Shown here piece after piece: positions 21,640 through 32,045 of a stretch of DNA of 64,000 bases (the stretch's first letter is position 1; each line of letters opens with the position of its first letter). Made by a program: the position numbers and the translations under genes. The stretch is from Thalassobellus citreus (GTDB taxonomy: Bacteria > Bacteroidota > Bacteroidia > Flavobacteriales > Flavobacteriaceae). A model generated the notes under the pieces. That model made no database searches. It saw only the letters and a program-made list of their open reading frames with translations, and had not been told where the DNA came from. The DNA is taken from NCBI RefSeq assembly GCF_044385915.1, contig NZ_JBISCC010000113.1, forward strand, positions 12,152 to 76,151. Direction: 5' to 3'.

Positions 21640-22907
21640 GCCTCTTCATTCTCATGCGCCTCAATATCCTTAGTTAAGTCTAAGTTTCTAAGCGTTTTGT
21701 TCTTGGCACCAATAGTTAAAACCGTAATTAAAGTCATAGTGCCTCCAAAAACTACAGCAGCTACAGGTCCTAATAATTTAGCAGCTAAACCACTTTCAAA
21801 AGCACCTAATTCGTTAGAAGATCCAACAAACATAGAATTAACAGAAGATACGCGTCCACGCATGTCATCTGGTGTTTTTATTTGTAAAATAGTTTGACGA
21901 ATTATCATAGAAATACCATCAACAGCACCACTTATAAATAACATCAATACACTTACCCAAAACACTTTAGATAAGCCAAAACCAATCATACTTAAACCAA
22001 ATATAAAAATAGAAATAAGCAGTTTTTTACCTGTATTTTTACTTATAGGAATGTAAGTAGTCACAAACATAGTAATAATACTTCCCAAAGATATTGATGC
22101 ATTTAAAATACCTAAACCTTGACTTCCTACTTCTAAAATATCTTGAGCAAAAATAACTAGAATAGCAACCGTTCCTCCAAATAAAACAGCAATCATATCC
22201 AACGTTAAAGCACCCAATATAGCCTTGTTTTGAAACACAAACCGAATACCAACCTTTAAACTCTCTTTTACCGATTCGCCAATTTTTTTATTTAAAATAG
22301 GCTTCTTTTTAATTAGAAAAACCAAAGCAAACGATATCAATACTAAAATAAAAACCAGACATAAAGTATAATCTGCACCAATCCAATGAATAAAAAACCC
22401 TCCAAAAAGAGCGCCTAATACAGCTGCTGTTTTCCAAATGCTTGTACTCCATGTAGCGGCATTTGGATATATTTTTTTAGGAACAATTAAGGCTATTAAA
22501 GAAAAAATAGTGGGTCCGAAAAAGGCACGTAAAAAACCACCAAAAAAAACAAGCGCATAAACAGAATATAAAATAGCATTTGTTGACCAATTATCAACAA
22601 CGCCATCAGTGGTTAATAAAAACAAGCCTAAACTAATAAAAGAAAAGGCGGCTATACAAATTGCTAATAGATTTCGTTTTTCTTTTTGATCTACAATATG
22701 ACCTGCAAATGGCGCCATAAAAAATGCTGGAATAAATTCACAGGCTCCTATTAAAGCCAAATTCCATGGGTTTTTTGTTAAACTATAAACCTCCCATTCA
22801 ATAACAATAAATTGCATAGACCATCCAAAAACTAAAAATAATCGCAACAATAAAAAAATGTTGAATTCTTTAATTCGTAATGCTGCGTAGGGATCTGTTT
22901 TTGCCAT
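21636..22907 (-). CDS. MFS transporter
   Basis: 423 aa with 12 TM helices and MFS-like loop motifs. Confidence 0.65.
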   Translation of the reverse strand: MAKTDPYAALRIKEFNIFLLLRLFLVFGWSMQFIVIEWEVYSLTKNPWNLALIGACEFIPAFFMAPFAGHIVDQKEKRNLLAICIAAFSFISLGLFLLTTDGVVDNWSTNAILYSVYALVFFGGFLRAFFGPTIFSLIALIVPKKIYPNAATWSTSIWKTAAVLGALFGGFFIHWIGADYTLCLVFILVLISFALVFLIKKKPILNKKIGESVKESLKVGIRFVFQNKAILGALTLDMIAVLFGGTVAILVIFAQDILEVGSQGLGILNASISLGSIITMFVTTYIPISKNTGKKLLISIFIFGLSMIGFGLSKVFWVSVLMLFISGAVDGISMIIRQTILQIKTPDDMRGRVSSVNSMFVGSSNELGAFESGLAAKLLGPVAAVVFGGTMTLITVLTIGAKNKTLRNLDLTKDIEAHENEEA

Positions 22908-22910
22908 AAT

Positions 22911-24605
22911 TTATTCCTTAATATCTCGCAATTTCAATTGAAGCGATACATTTCCTTGCCATTCATTTTTATCAATAGAATACACAGCACTAAATGGTTT
23001 TTTTTCAGAAATAATGTCAAACTTATCTCCCATACTAAAACCAATACATACTATCTTAGTAGAAGCTTCTGCTTGGGTAACCGTTAATCTTAAATGAGTT
23101 TTATCTTCGCCAACACATTTTCCATAACCCGTATCAATTAAATTTTCAGTCATAAAAACAGGCGTCATATTACTAGGACCAAAAGGAGCAAATTGTTTTA
23201 AAATTCTATAAAACTTGGGCGTAATATCATCCAATTCAATTAGAGTGTCTATCTTAATTTCTGGAGTTAATAAATTTCTATCAATAGTTTTAGAAACCTC
23301 ATCTTCAAAAGCCTGTTTAAAAGCTTCATAATTTTCTTCTTTCAGCGTTAAACCCGCTGCATATTTATGCCCTCCAAATTGCTCAATGTGTTCGCTACAA
23401 GCTTCCAAAGCATTGTAAACATCAAAACCTTTTACCGAGCGTGCCGAGGCAGCTAACTTATCGCCACTTCTTGTAAAAACCAAAGTGGGTCTGTAATAGG
23501 TTTCGATTAATCTAGAAGCCACAATACCAATAACACCTTTATGCCAATCTTCATGGTAAACAACAGTAGTAAGGCGGTTCTGTTCTTTTTGCTCTTCAAT
23601 TTGCTTAAGAGCTTCTTTTGTAATTTCTTTATCAATTTCACGTCTATCAAGATTATATTCATTAATCTCAGCAGCATACTTCGTTGCTAAATCTTCTTCT
23701 TCTTCAACTAATAAAGTCACTGCATAATTACCATGCTTCATACGTCCAGCCGCATTAATACGAGGTGCTACTATAAAAACAACATCAGTAATAGTCAGTT
23801 CTGTTTTTTCTACTTGAGTTAAAATAGCTTTAATTCCCGGTCTAGGCTTTGTGTTTATCACCATTAAACCAAAATAAGCCAAAACTCTATTTTCGCCATC
23901 AATAGGAACAATATCGGCGCCTATTGCAGTAGCTACTAAATCTAAATATTCGCTTAAATCTTCGGCTGTTTTTCCTTCTTTTGAAGCTAATGCTTGAATT
24001 AACTTAAAACCAACACCACAACCACATAACTCTTTATACGGGTAATTACAATCGTCTTGTTTAGGGTCTAAAACAGCAACGGCATCTGGAACTTCTATTC
24101 CTGGTCTATGATGATCGCAAATAATAAAATCGATCCCTAATGTTTTAGCATGCGCTACTTTTTCGACAGCTTTTATACCACAATCTAAAGTTATTATTAA
24201 TGAAAAACCATTTTCTTCAGCAAAATTAATTCCCTTATATGAAACGCCATAACCCTCATCATATCTATTAGGAATATAGGTGTAAACTAAATTGTGTTTT
24301 GTTTTTAAATACGACGACATTAGGGCTACCGATGTGGTGCCATCAACATCATAATCGCCATAAACCAAAATATTTTCTTTATTGGCAATCGCTTTTTCAA
24401 TACGAGCCACGGCCTTATCCATATCTTTCATTAAGAACGGATCGTGTAAATCTTCAAAACTAGGTCTAAAAAACCGTTTCGCATCTTCATAGCTTTCAAT
24501 ACCTCGCTGCAATAATAGGGTTGCAGTAACGTCATCTACCTGAAGTGCTTCTTTTAAAGCCTTAAGTTTTTTTAATTCTGGTTTTGGTTTTAGCGTCCAA
24601 CGCAT
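22911..24605 (-). CDS. recJ: Single-stranded-DNA-specific exonuclease RecJ
   Basis: DHH motifs VYGDYDVDGTTS, ITLDCGI and FIICDHH. DHHA1 C-terminus. Confidence 0.85.
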   Translation of the reverse strand: MRWTLKPKPELKKLKALKEALQVDDVTATLLLQRGIESYEDAKRFFRPSFEDLHDPFLMKDMDKAVARIEKAIANKENILVYGDYDVDGTTSVALMSSYLKTKHNLVYTYIPNRYDEGYGVSYKGINFAEENGFSLIITLDCGIKAVEKVAHAKTLGIDFIICDHHRPGIEVPDAVAVLDPKQDDCNYPYKELCGCGVGFKLIQALASKEGKTAEDLSEYLDLVATAIGADIVPIDGENRVLAYFGLMVINTKPRPGIKAILTQVEKTELTITDVVFIVAPRINAAGRMKHGNYAVTLLVEEEEDLATKYAAEINEYNLDRREIDKEITKEALKQIEEQKEQNRLTTVVYHEDWHKGVIGIVASRLIETYYRPTLVFTRSGDKLAASARSVKGFDVYNALEACSEHIEQFGGHKYAAGLTLKEENYEAFKQAFEDEVSKTIDRNLLTPEIKIDTLIELDDITPKFYRILKQFAPFGPSNMTPVFMTENLIDTGYGKCVGEDKTHLRLTVTQAEASTKIVCIGFSMGDKFDIISEKKPFSAVYSIDKNEWQGNVSLQLKLRDIKE

Positions 24606-24653
24606 TGAGAGAGGAAAGGTTTTTAATAAAAATTCAACGGATTTTATTATCGT

Positions 24654-25160
24654 TTATTTCTTATGAAAATAAGTTTCTATGGTTAATTCTGAAAACTGAC
24701 GAAACATTTCCATAACACCACAATATTTTTCTACAGATAAATCAACAGCTTTTTGAAGCTTTTTTTCATTTAAATCATTTCCGTAAAAGTGAAAACTCAT
24801 CGTTACTTTATCGTAATGCTTTGGATGCTCTTCTGTTAAATTAGCATCAATATCAATTTTAAAATCTTCAACCTCTAGCTTCATTTTTTTTATTAACGAG
24901 GCTACATCTAAGCCCGAACAACCAGCTAATCCAGAAAGCATTAATGCTTTTGGACGATAGCCTTCGCCTTTACCTCCATTTTCTTCTCCAGCATCTATAA
25001 ATAAATTATGCCCCGACGGATTTGTACTTTCAAACTTCATGGCTCCTAACCACTTAGTACTAATTTGAACTGCCATTTTTAAAAATATTTTGTTACTTGT
25101 AATTTCAAAAATACTACTAAAAATATAAAATATGCCTTTAGTAACACCTTTATCTGCCAA
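24654..25160 (-). CDS. OsmC/Ohr family peroxiredoxin-like protein. Likely start at 25076.
   Basis: GLAGCSGLDV OsmC cysteine block. Confidence 0.65.
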   Translation of the reverse strand: MADKGVTKGIFYIFSSIFEITSNKIFLKMAVQISTKWLGAMKFESTNPSGHNLFIDAGEENGGKGEGYRPKALMLSGLAGCSGLDVASLIKKMKLEVEDFKIDIDANLTEEHPKHYDKVTMSFHFYGNDLNEKKLQKAVDLSVEKYCGVMEMFRQFSELTIETYFHKK

Positions 25161-25722
25161 TCATGATTTGGAAACCAAAAACCTTGCCGAATTTTTTAAC
25201 GAAACCCTAGGGTTTTGTCCGAACTCGGTTTTAACCATGCAACACAGACCAGCAATTAGTAAAGCCTTTATTAATTTAAATAAAGCGGTGATGACCAACG
25301 AAGGCAAAGTAACCTCAGCATTAAAACGTATGATTGCTTGGGTATCTAGTAATGCAACAGGTTGTAGATATTGTCAAGCACATGCTATTCGTGCTGCAGA
25401 ACGCTATGGCGCAGAACAAGAACAGCTAGATAACATTTGGGAATACAGAACACATCCTGCATTTAACGAAGCCGAACGTGTTGCTTTAGATTTTAGTTTA
25501 GCAGCATCTCAAATACCAAATAGGGTTGATGAAAACATAAAAAAGCGTTTGTATGAACATTGGGATGAAGGTGAGATTGTAGAAATGCTAGGTGTTATTT
25601 CTTTATTTGGATATTTAAATAGATGGAATGATAGCATGGGAACTTCTATTGAAGATGGAGCTATTGAAAGTGGTGAACAGTATTTAGATAAACATGGTTG
25701 GGAGAAGGGGAAACATATTTAA
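25132..25722 (+). CDS. AhpD-like (carboxymuconolactone decarboxylase family) peroxidase-related protein
   Basis: NATGCRYCQAH CxxC/His AhpD core. Confidence 0.65.
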   Translation: MPLVTPLSANHDLETKNLAEFFNETLGFCPNSVLTMQHRPAISKAFINLNKAVMTNEGKVTSALKRMIAWVSSNATGCRYCQAHAIRAAERYGAEQEQLDNIWEYRTHPAFNEAERVALDFSLAASQIPNRVDENIKKRLYEHWDEGEIVEMLGVISLFGYLNRWNDSMGTSIEDGAIESGEQYLDKHGWEKGKHI

Positions 25723-25740
25723 TTCCTGCTCAAGCAGGAA
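25723..25740. terminator. Bidirectional hairpin between convergent genes
   Basis: ttcctgct caa gcaggaa perfect inverted repeat. Confidence 0.5.
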
Positions 25741-25772
25741 TCTCATGATTTATAATTAATCCACGAATACTA

Positions 25773-27662
25773 TTATAGTTTTATAAATGAATATAGAGAT
25801 TCTATTAGCTCTTTTAGTTCAATATTTTCTTCTATAAAATCTTCATATTTATAATCACAGTTAATCACAAAATTTGAAAGCTTCATTTTATAATCATTCA
25901 TTAAAGTTCCTGACGGCGCTTTAAATGATTTTAAATTTTCCGAAGTTAAACCATTATCAATTAATAATTTCTCATAAAAATTTCCTAATCCAATATTTTT
26001 GTAATCTTCTCTTGTAAAATCTATTAACTTAATTTTTTCAAGATTGTAATCTCCTTTAACCAATTCTAAAACAAATTCTTTAATTATCCTTTTAGGTAAT
26101 AAGTTTTCTATTTCTCTAGAAACAGTATTCTTATAACAGAAATTAGCCTTTTCATCAGATAAGTTTTCTAAAGTTTTTCTTCTTTTACCTTTTGCTGACT
26201 CATCATCCGCACCATCATTATCTGCTAAAAGAAATATTTTATTTGATAATGCAAAAGAGTTGATTTTACTTCTTACTTGATCTTCATTAAAATCAATTGT
26301 ATCACCAAAAAGATAATGCTCAATTAAATTACCTCCATATTCAAAAAAAGCAAAATCTATATCTTCTTTAAAAGGCTGTTCTTCTTTTGAATCAAGATAC
26401 AATTTCAACAATTTAGAAATATATTTTCTATCTGTTGGTCCCTCTACCCAAATTGAAGTATTTGCTAAAAAAACAGAAGAAGTATTAACTCCAAGCACAT
26501 CTAACGTCTCCTTATCTGGCTTAACATTTGTTTTGATACTAAACTTATTTGCGTCTGATTTCTTAAATTGGAATATGGAGATTTGATCGCTATTGAGTGT
26601 TATGTCTAAAAAATGATTAGAATGAGTTGTGAAAAAATACTTTAAGTTTTTGGTTTTTAAATATTCATCATTTAATAAAGTTTCAATAAATATTCTTTGT
26701 AGACCAGGATGTAAATTCATTTCAGGTTCTTCTATAAAAAACCAATCATTATTATTTGCCGTAAAAATGGGAAATAATAAAATTATTAATGCTTGAATAC
26801 CATCCCCTATATCAAATATAGGATGTTCTACTTCATCAATTGAACATAATAACTGTTTAGTTTCTGAATTTGACGTTATAACTACTCTTTTTTTATTAAA
26901 AAAATGATTTGATAAAAACTCTTCAAATTTTTCGACTTTATCTCTATTTTTCGAAACAGATGTTTTCAACTTCATTACCTCTTTGTATAGTTCAAGCCCA
27001 GTAAAAACATTTTTATCAATCCCATAATTTTTTTTTATGGTTTCTTTTATATTTCCATTTTGTAAATGATCATTCTCTTGTATTGTTCTTAAAATTGGAA
27101 TATAGTTTTTAGTGTTACTCCTACTTTTTCTAATGAAGTCTAGATTTCTTATAAGTTCTTGAACTTTAGTCAAATGTTCAATTTGAAATCTCAAAGACTC
27201 TTTTTTTGTACCAACAGCATTAATATATTTACTCTTTGCAAGAATCATATTTTTTTTAAACTCTTCAAAATATATTTGATAATTTTGATAGTTTTCTATT
27301 AAATTAAAATATGGATTATCATTTTGAATAGAATTAAACGTTTTACTTATAAATCCTCTTTCTGAATTAACCACTTTGTTAATTGCTAAAGGATAATCTT
27401 CCTGATAATCTTTAAATTGTTCTTGCAAGCTAATATTTGAGTTTGAAAGAAATATAAAATTAAATTCAGACTTAATTAAGCCTCTTAAAAACCTACTCTT
27501 TCCACTATTGTTAGCTCCTACAAAAAGATTAACCTTCTTAAACTCACCTATATTTCTACTCCTCGTTTTATGAGTTCCCCAATCATAAAGCCAATTAGAA
27601 TTGTTTTCAATCAATTCGCTTGGGGAATTTTCTAGATTATTCTCTAAGAAATGAAAATACAT
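25773..27662 (-). CDS. OLD-family ATP-dependent nuclease (ABC ATPase plus Toprim), class 1 (no partner helicase)
   Basis: Walker A VGANNSGKS. FFIEEPEMNLHP Walker B/D-loop. Toprim WVEGPTD and LLADNDGADDE. Very AT-rich gene. Confidence 0.75.
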   Translation of the reverse strand: MYFHFLENNLENSPSELIENNSNWLYDWGTHKTRSRNIGEFKKVNLFVGANNSGKSRFLRGLIKSEFNFIFLSNSNISLQEQFKDYQEDYPLAINKVVNSERGFISKTFNSIQNDNPYFNLIENYQNYQIYFEEFKKNMILAKSKYINAVGTKKESLRFQIEHLTKVQELIRNLDFIRKSRSNTKNYIPILRTIQENDHLQNGNIKETIKKNYGIDKNVFTGLELYKEVMKLKTSVSKNRDKVEKFEEFLSNHFFNKKRVVITSNSETKQLLCSIDEVEHPIFDIGDGIQALIILLFPIFTANNNDWFFIEEPEMNLHPGLQRIFIETLLNDEYLKTKNLKYFFTTHSNHFLDITLNSDQISIFQFKKSDANKFSIKTNVKPDKETLDVLGVNTSSVFLANTSIWVEGPTDRKYISKLLKLYLDSKEEQPFKEDIDFAFFEYGGNLIEHYLFGDTIDFNEDQVRSKINSFALSNKIFLLADNDGADDESAKGKRRKTLENLSDEKANFCYKNTVSREIENLLPKRIIKEFVLELVKGDYNLEKIKLIDFTREDYKNIGLGNFYEKLLIDNGLTSENLKSFKAPSGTLMNDYKMKLSNFVINCDYKYEDFIEENIELKELIESLYSFIKL

Positions 27663-27800
27663 TTATTTGTTTTTAGTTAATGCTAATTTATAGTTTTTGG
27701 AAAGAAAAATCCTCTAAAAAATAATTTTATTATCTTCCTTAATTATCGAAAGACCTATTTCTAGAAAAAAGATATAGTAGTAGTAAAAATTTAAACAAGA

Positions 27801-28145
27801 CTAATTAATACTTAATGGCTCTCCCTCAAAAATCACTCCGTCAAACCCTGTATTCATAAAGTTTCTAATGTTTTGATGTCCATTTCCGTTTGGATCTTGT
27901 AAAACCTCATCAAAATAGTATTGCCCAAAACACGCTAAAGTTTCTTCTTTAGTAAAACCTTGCAATTTTGCAAAAGCAAACAACTTACAAGAACCTGAGT
28001 TTTGTCCAGCTTCGTTTTGTAACTCACCATTTTTAAACGCTGTTGGCGTAAAATTGTAATTAGCTTCAATAACAGCCATAGTTTCTGAAAACTCAATAGC
28101 TTTTGGTGTGTTTTTTAATTTATTTATATATGCTTCTAACTTCAT
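27801..28145 (-). CDS. HopJ-like small conserved protein
   Basis: 114 aa. AGQNSGSCKLFAFA block recalled from HopJ type III effector family annotations. Confidence 0.4.
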   Translation of the reverse strand: MKLEAYINKLKNTPKAIEFSETMAVIEANYNFTPTAFKNGELQNEAGQNSGSCKLFAFAKLQGFTKEETLACFGQYYFDEVLQDPNGNGHQNIRNFMNTGFDGVIFEGEPLSIN

Positions 28146-28840
28146 TTTTGTTTTTTTAAATGCCCATTATTGGCTTTTCCTCCTACTACAATTACTATTT
28201 CTCCTTTTGGTAGTTTATTTGTATAATACTCTAAAACTTCTTTGGCTGTGCCTCTAATAGTTTCTTCGTATAATTTTGTTAATTCTCTCGATACAGATAC
28301 TTGCCTATCTTCTCCAAAATACTCGCAAAAGTGTCCGAGTGTTTTTATGAGTTTATGCGGGCTTTCATAAAAAATAATAGTTCTAGTTTCTTCGGCAAGT
28401 AATAATAATCGGGTTTGTCGCCCTTTTTTAACAGGTAAAAAACCTTCGAACACAAACTTATCGTTTGGTAAACCCGAGTTTACTAACGCAGGTACAAAGG
28501 CTGTTGCTCCAGGAAGACAATCAACTTCTATATTGTGTTCTATACATGCTCTAGTTAATAAAAACCCAGGGTCTGAAATTGCTGGTGTTCCTGCATCACT
28601 AATAAGTGCAACGGTTGTTCCTGCTTTTATTTTCTGTATCACATTTTCAACCGTTTTATGCTCGTTATGCATATGGTGCGATTGCATGTGTGTAGAAATC
28701 TCGTAATATTTTAACAACTTCCCCGAAGTACGTGTGTCTTCAGCTAAAATTAAATCGACATCTTTTAAAACTTCAATAGCTCTAAAGGTGATATCTTTTA
28801 AATTTCCTATGGGTGTGGGTACAATATAAAGTTTACTCAT
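28142..28840 (-). CDS. rsmI: 16S rRNA (cytidine1402-2'-O)-methyltransferase RsmI
   Basis: LYIVPTPIGNLKDIT..LAEDTR tetrapyrrole-methylase-fold N-terminus. Confidence 0.8.
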   Translation of the reverse strand: MSKLYIVPTPIGNLKDITFRAIEVLKDVDLILAEDTRTSGKLLKYYEISTHMQSHHMHNEHKTVENVIQKIKAGTTVALISDAGTPAISDPGFLLTRACIEHNIEVDCLPGATAFVPALVNSGLPNDKFVFEGFLPVKKGRQTRLLLLAEETRTIIFYESPHKLIKTLGHFCEYFGEDRQVSVSRELTKLYEETIRGTAKEVLEYYTNKLPKGEIVIVVGGKANNGHLKKQK

Positions 28841-29583
28841 TATTCAAACTTGGCTTCTATAATACTCATAAAACGTGCTTCAAACTCTTCTTTAGTAGCC
28901 CAATTATTATAATCTAATTTCACAATATTTTGTATAAAATGCGTAGCTTCATCTAACGAACTAAGAGTATTTAATTGCGATAAAACACGCTCATAATCTT
29001 CACTTTTACCATCAAATAAATGCTTTATAAAAGCAATTTTATCGTTGAGTCCAATATGCAATCCACCTCTATTTAGTTTATCGTTAAGAGATTTTTTTTC
29101 TTTTGAAACCCCATTTAAAGATTTTGAAACAGGCTCAAAAACAGGCATATCCTTAAAACCTTCTGTAATATCTTCTAGATCGGTTTTTTTAATTTCTGGT
29201 TTTGGTATGGCTTCTTCAAAAACAGTATCAATGCCTTCTACTTCTTCTGGCATATGCGCTACCATATCTTTAATGGTTTTTATACCATGCTCCATAATAT
29301 CGTCATGTTCAGCATCATCTAAATTAATATAAACTTTATCATCAACTTCAATATTATCACTTATTTTATTATTAAAAGCCTGATCTAACATACCAAAAAA
29401 TGAAGAATCACTACCAATAGTTGGTATATCGCCTTCAAAATTTTCATGCGCAAACTTTAAAACCGATAACTTTTCAAAAAGTTCAGCAACCTCAGTATGC
29501 ATTTTTATAACATCTTCTTTTCCTTTTAACTTAAGAATTCTGTGGGCTATACTAACTAATTCAGACTCTAGCTTCTTCTTCAT
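28840..29583 (-). CDS. Acidic conserved hypothetical protein
   Basis: ORF only. Confidence 0.5.
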   Translation of the reverse strand: MKKKLESELVSIAHRILKLKGKEDVIKMHTEVAELFEKLSVLKFAHENFEGDIPTIGSDSSFFGMLDQAFNNKISDNIEVDDKVYINLDDAEHDDIMEHGIKTIKDMVAHMPEEVEGIDTVFEEAIPKPEIKKTDLEDITEGFKDMPVFEPVSKSLNGVSKEKKSLNDKLNRGGLHIGLNDKIAFIKHLFDGKSEDYERVLSQLNTLSSLDEATHFIQNIVKLDYNNWATKEEFEARFMSIIEAKFE

Positions 29584-29691
29584 TATTTATAAAATTTAAA
29601 ATTAATGCTAATTAGGCTTTTGATTTTTAATAAATTTGCGTCACCTTTATACAAACGAATAATCGCTTTGTTTTAGTGCTAAAATTACAAA

Positions 29692-30339
29692 ATGTTTCTT
29701 GAAAATACAGTAAATCATAAAGAACAATTTGGATGGATTGAAGTTATCTGTGGCTCCATGTTTTCTGGAAAAACAGAAGAATTAATCCGCAGGCTTAAAC
29801 GCGCCCAATTTGCAAGACAAAAAGTAGAAATTTTTAAGCCTACTATTGATGTGCGTTATAACGAAGAGATGGTGGTTTCTCATGATGAGAACGAAATTAG
29901 ATCTACCCCCGTGCCTGCGGCTGCCAATATTCCTATTTTAGCTGATGGTTGTGATGTAATTGGTATTGATGAAGCTCAGTTTTTTGATGACGAGATTGTA
30001 CGAGTTTGTAATGATTTAGCCAACAAAGGCATTCGTGTTATTGTTGCTGGGTTAGATATGGACTTTAAAGGCAATCCGTTTGGCCCTATGCCAAATCTTA
30101 TGGCAACGGCCGATTATGTTACTAAAGTACATGCTGTTTGTACACGTACCGGAAATTTAGCCCAATACAGTTACCGAAAATCTAAAAGCGACAATTTGGT
30201 ACTTTTAGGTGAAGTTGACGAGTATGAGCCATTAAGTAGAGCTGCTTACTATAAAGCAACTATGCGAGATAAAGTGCGCAACATGAATGTAGAAGATGCC
30301 GAAGAAATACCGTCTAAAAACAAAGACAAAAATGAGTAA
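29692..30339 (+). CDS. tdk: Thymidine kinase
   Basis: [15 protein letters not shown]-loop. Zn ribbon at C-terminus. Confidence 0.85.
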   Translation: MFLENTVNHKEQFGWIEVICGSMFSGKTEELIRRLKRAQFARQKVEIFKPTIDVRYNEEMVVSHDENEIRSTPVPAAANIPILADGCDVIGIDEAQFFDDEIVRVCNDLANKGIRVIVAGLDMDFKGNPFGPMPNLMATADYVTKVHAVCTRTGNLAQYSYRKSKSDNLVLLGEVDEYEPLSRAAYYKATMRDKVRNMNVEDAEEIPSKNKDKNE

Positions 30340-31438
30340 AGCACAAGAAACTGTGCTTGAAATTGACTTAAAAGCACTTCGGCATAATTTTGAATATCTT
30401 AAATCTACACTACAAAAAGACACCAAATTTTTAGCTGTAGTTAAAGCCTTTGCTTACGGCAGTGATGCTAACGAAATAGCAAAATATTTACAAGATTTAG
30501 GTGCCGACTATTTTGCAGTAGCTTATACAAACGAAGGCGTTGCATTACGTAATGCTGGCATAACCAAACCTATTTTAGTTTTACATCCGCAAGCTATAAA
30601 TTTTAAAACTTTAATTGATAATTGTTTAGAACCTAGTATTTTTAATGCTAAAATATTAAAAGAATTTATTAGCGTTGCTTCTAATAAAAAACAAACAGGA
30701 TATCCTATTCACATCAAGTTTAATACGGGTTTAAACCGATTAGGGTTTTGTCACAGCGACATCAATTTTATTCAAAATACACTAGACGAAACCAAAACAG
30801 TAAAAGTTAAATCGATATTTTCTCATTTAGCAGCAAGTGAAGATTTGAATGAAAAAGAATTTACCTTAAATCAAATTGAAAGCTTTAAAACGATTGCTGA
30901 AAAATTCACAAAAGCAATTGGCTACATACCGCTGCTTCATATTTGCAACACATCTGGAATTTTAAACTTTCCAGAAGCTCATTTAAACATGGTAAGAAGT
31001 GGTATTGGTTTGTATGGTTTTGGAAATTCTGAAAAAGAAAACAAGCACCTAAAACCCATAGCCTCTTTAAAAACGGTTATTTCTCAAATTCATACTATTG
31101 AAAAAGGGGAATCTGTTGGTTATAATAGAGCTTATAAAAGTGATATTATTCAAAAAACGGCAACACTACCTATTGGTCATGCCGATGGTATTGGTAGAAT
31201 TTACGGAAATGGAAATGGGTTTGTTACCATAAACGGACAGCATGCTCCTATTATTGGAAATGTTTGTATGGATATGATTATGGTTAACATTACAAACATT
31301 GATTGTAATGAAGGTGATGAAGTCATTATTTTTGATGCAAACTCTACTGCTGAAACTTTAGCCGAATCTGCAAATACCATTTCTTACGAGCTTATTACCT
31401 CTATTTCTCAGCGTGTAAAACGTTCATTTTTAAAATAA
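30332..31438 (+). CDS. alr: Alanine racemase. Start chosen at MSKAQ, overlapping the tdk stop.
   Basis: [14 protein letters not shown]-lysine block. Confidence 0.85.
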   Translation: MSKAQETVLEIDLKALRHNFEYLKSTLQKDTKFLAVVKAFAYGSDANEIAKYLQDLGADYFAVAYTNEGVALRNAGITKPILVLHPQAINFKTLIDNCLEPSIFNAKILKEFISVASNKKQTGYPIHIKFNTGLNRLGFCHSDINFIQNTLDETKTVKVKSIFSHLAASEDLNEKEFTLNQIESFKTIAEKFTKAIGYIPLLHICNTSGILNFPEAHLNMVRSGIGLYGFGNSEKENKHLKPIASLKTVISQIHTIEKGESVGYNRAYKSDIIQKTATLPIGHADGIGRIYGNGNGFVTINGQHAPIIGNVCMDMIMVNITNIDCNEGDEVIIFDANSTAETLAESANTISYELITSISQRVKRSFLK

Positions 31439-31511
31439 GCATTTTAACAAATGTTAATTGTTTTATCTTTTTTAACTATTTTAGTGCCTCACTAACCAAT
31501 AATTTATAATT

Positions 31512-31913
31512 ATGCTTAAAGAATTTAAAGAATTTGCAATGAAGGGCAACCTTGTAGATATTGCAGTAGGTTTTGTAATGGGTGCAGCTTTTAAAGAAGT
31601 TGTAACTGCTTTTACAGGAGGTATTGTTTCTCCATTAATTGGATTAATATTCAATGCAGATTTCAAAGATTTAAAATATGTAGTTAAAGAAGGTGTGGCT
31701 AATGCCGAAGGTGTATTAGAAGGAGAAGTTTCTGTACTTTGGGGAGCTTTCTTAACGAATGTTATCGACTTTATTATTGTTGCCTTTGTTATGTTCTTAA
31801 TTGTAAAAGGTGTTAATAATATGAAGAAAAAAGAAGAACCAGTACCAGCTGCTCCTGCAGGACCATCACAAGAAGATTTACTTGCAGAAATAAGAGATTT
31901 ACTTAAAAAGTAA
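31512..31913 (+). CDS. mscL: Large-conductance mechanosensitive channel
   Basis: MLKEFKEFAMKGNLVDIAVGFVMGAAF. Confidence 0.85.
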   Translation: MLKEFKEFAMKGNLVDIAVGFVMGAAFKEVVTAFTGGIVSPLIGLIFNADFKDLKYVVKEGVANAEGVLEGEVSVLWGAFLTNVIDFIIVAFVMFLIVKGVNNMKKKEEPVPAAPAGPSQEDLLAEIRDLLKK

Positions 31914-31955
31914 CAAGTTGTTAAATAAATAACACTGTGTTATTTGTTGTTAAAA

Positions 31956-31988
31956 AGCCCTCTGTTTCAGAAAATAGAGGGCTTTTTG
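31956..31988 (+). terminator. Rho-independent terminator after mscL
   Basis: agccctctg tttcagaaaat agagggct followed by ttttt. Confidence 0.7.
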
Positions 31989-32045
31989 TTCGTTTAAAAA
32001 TGTAATTAATGCCTAATTTTGCCAAAAATTTAAATTATTCTTGAT

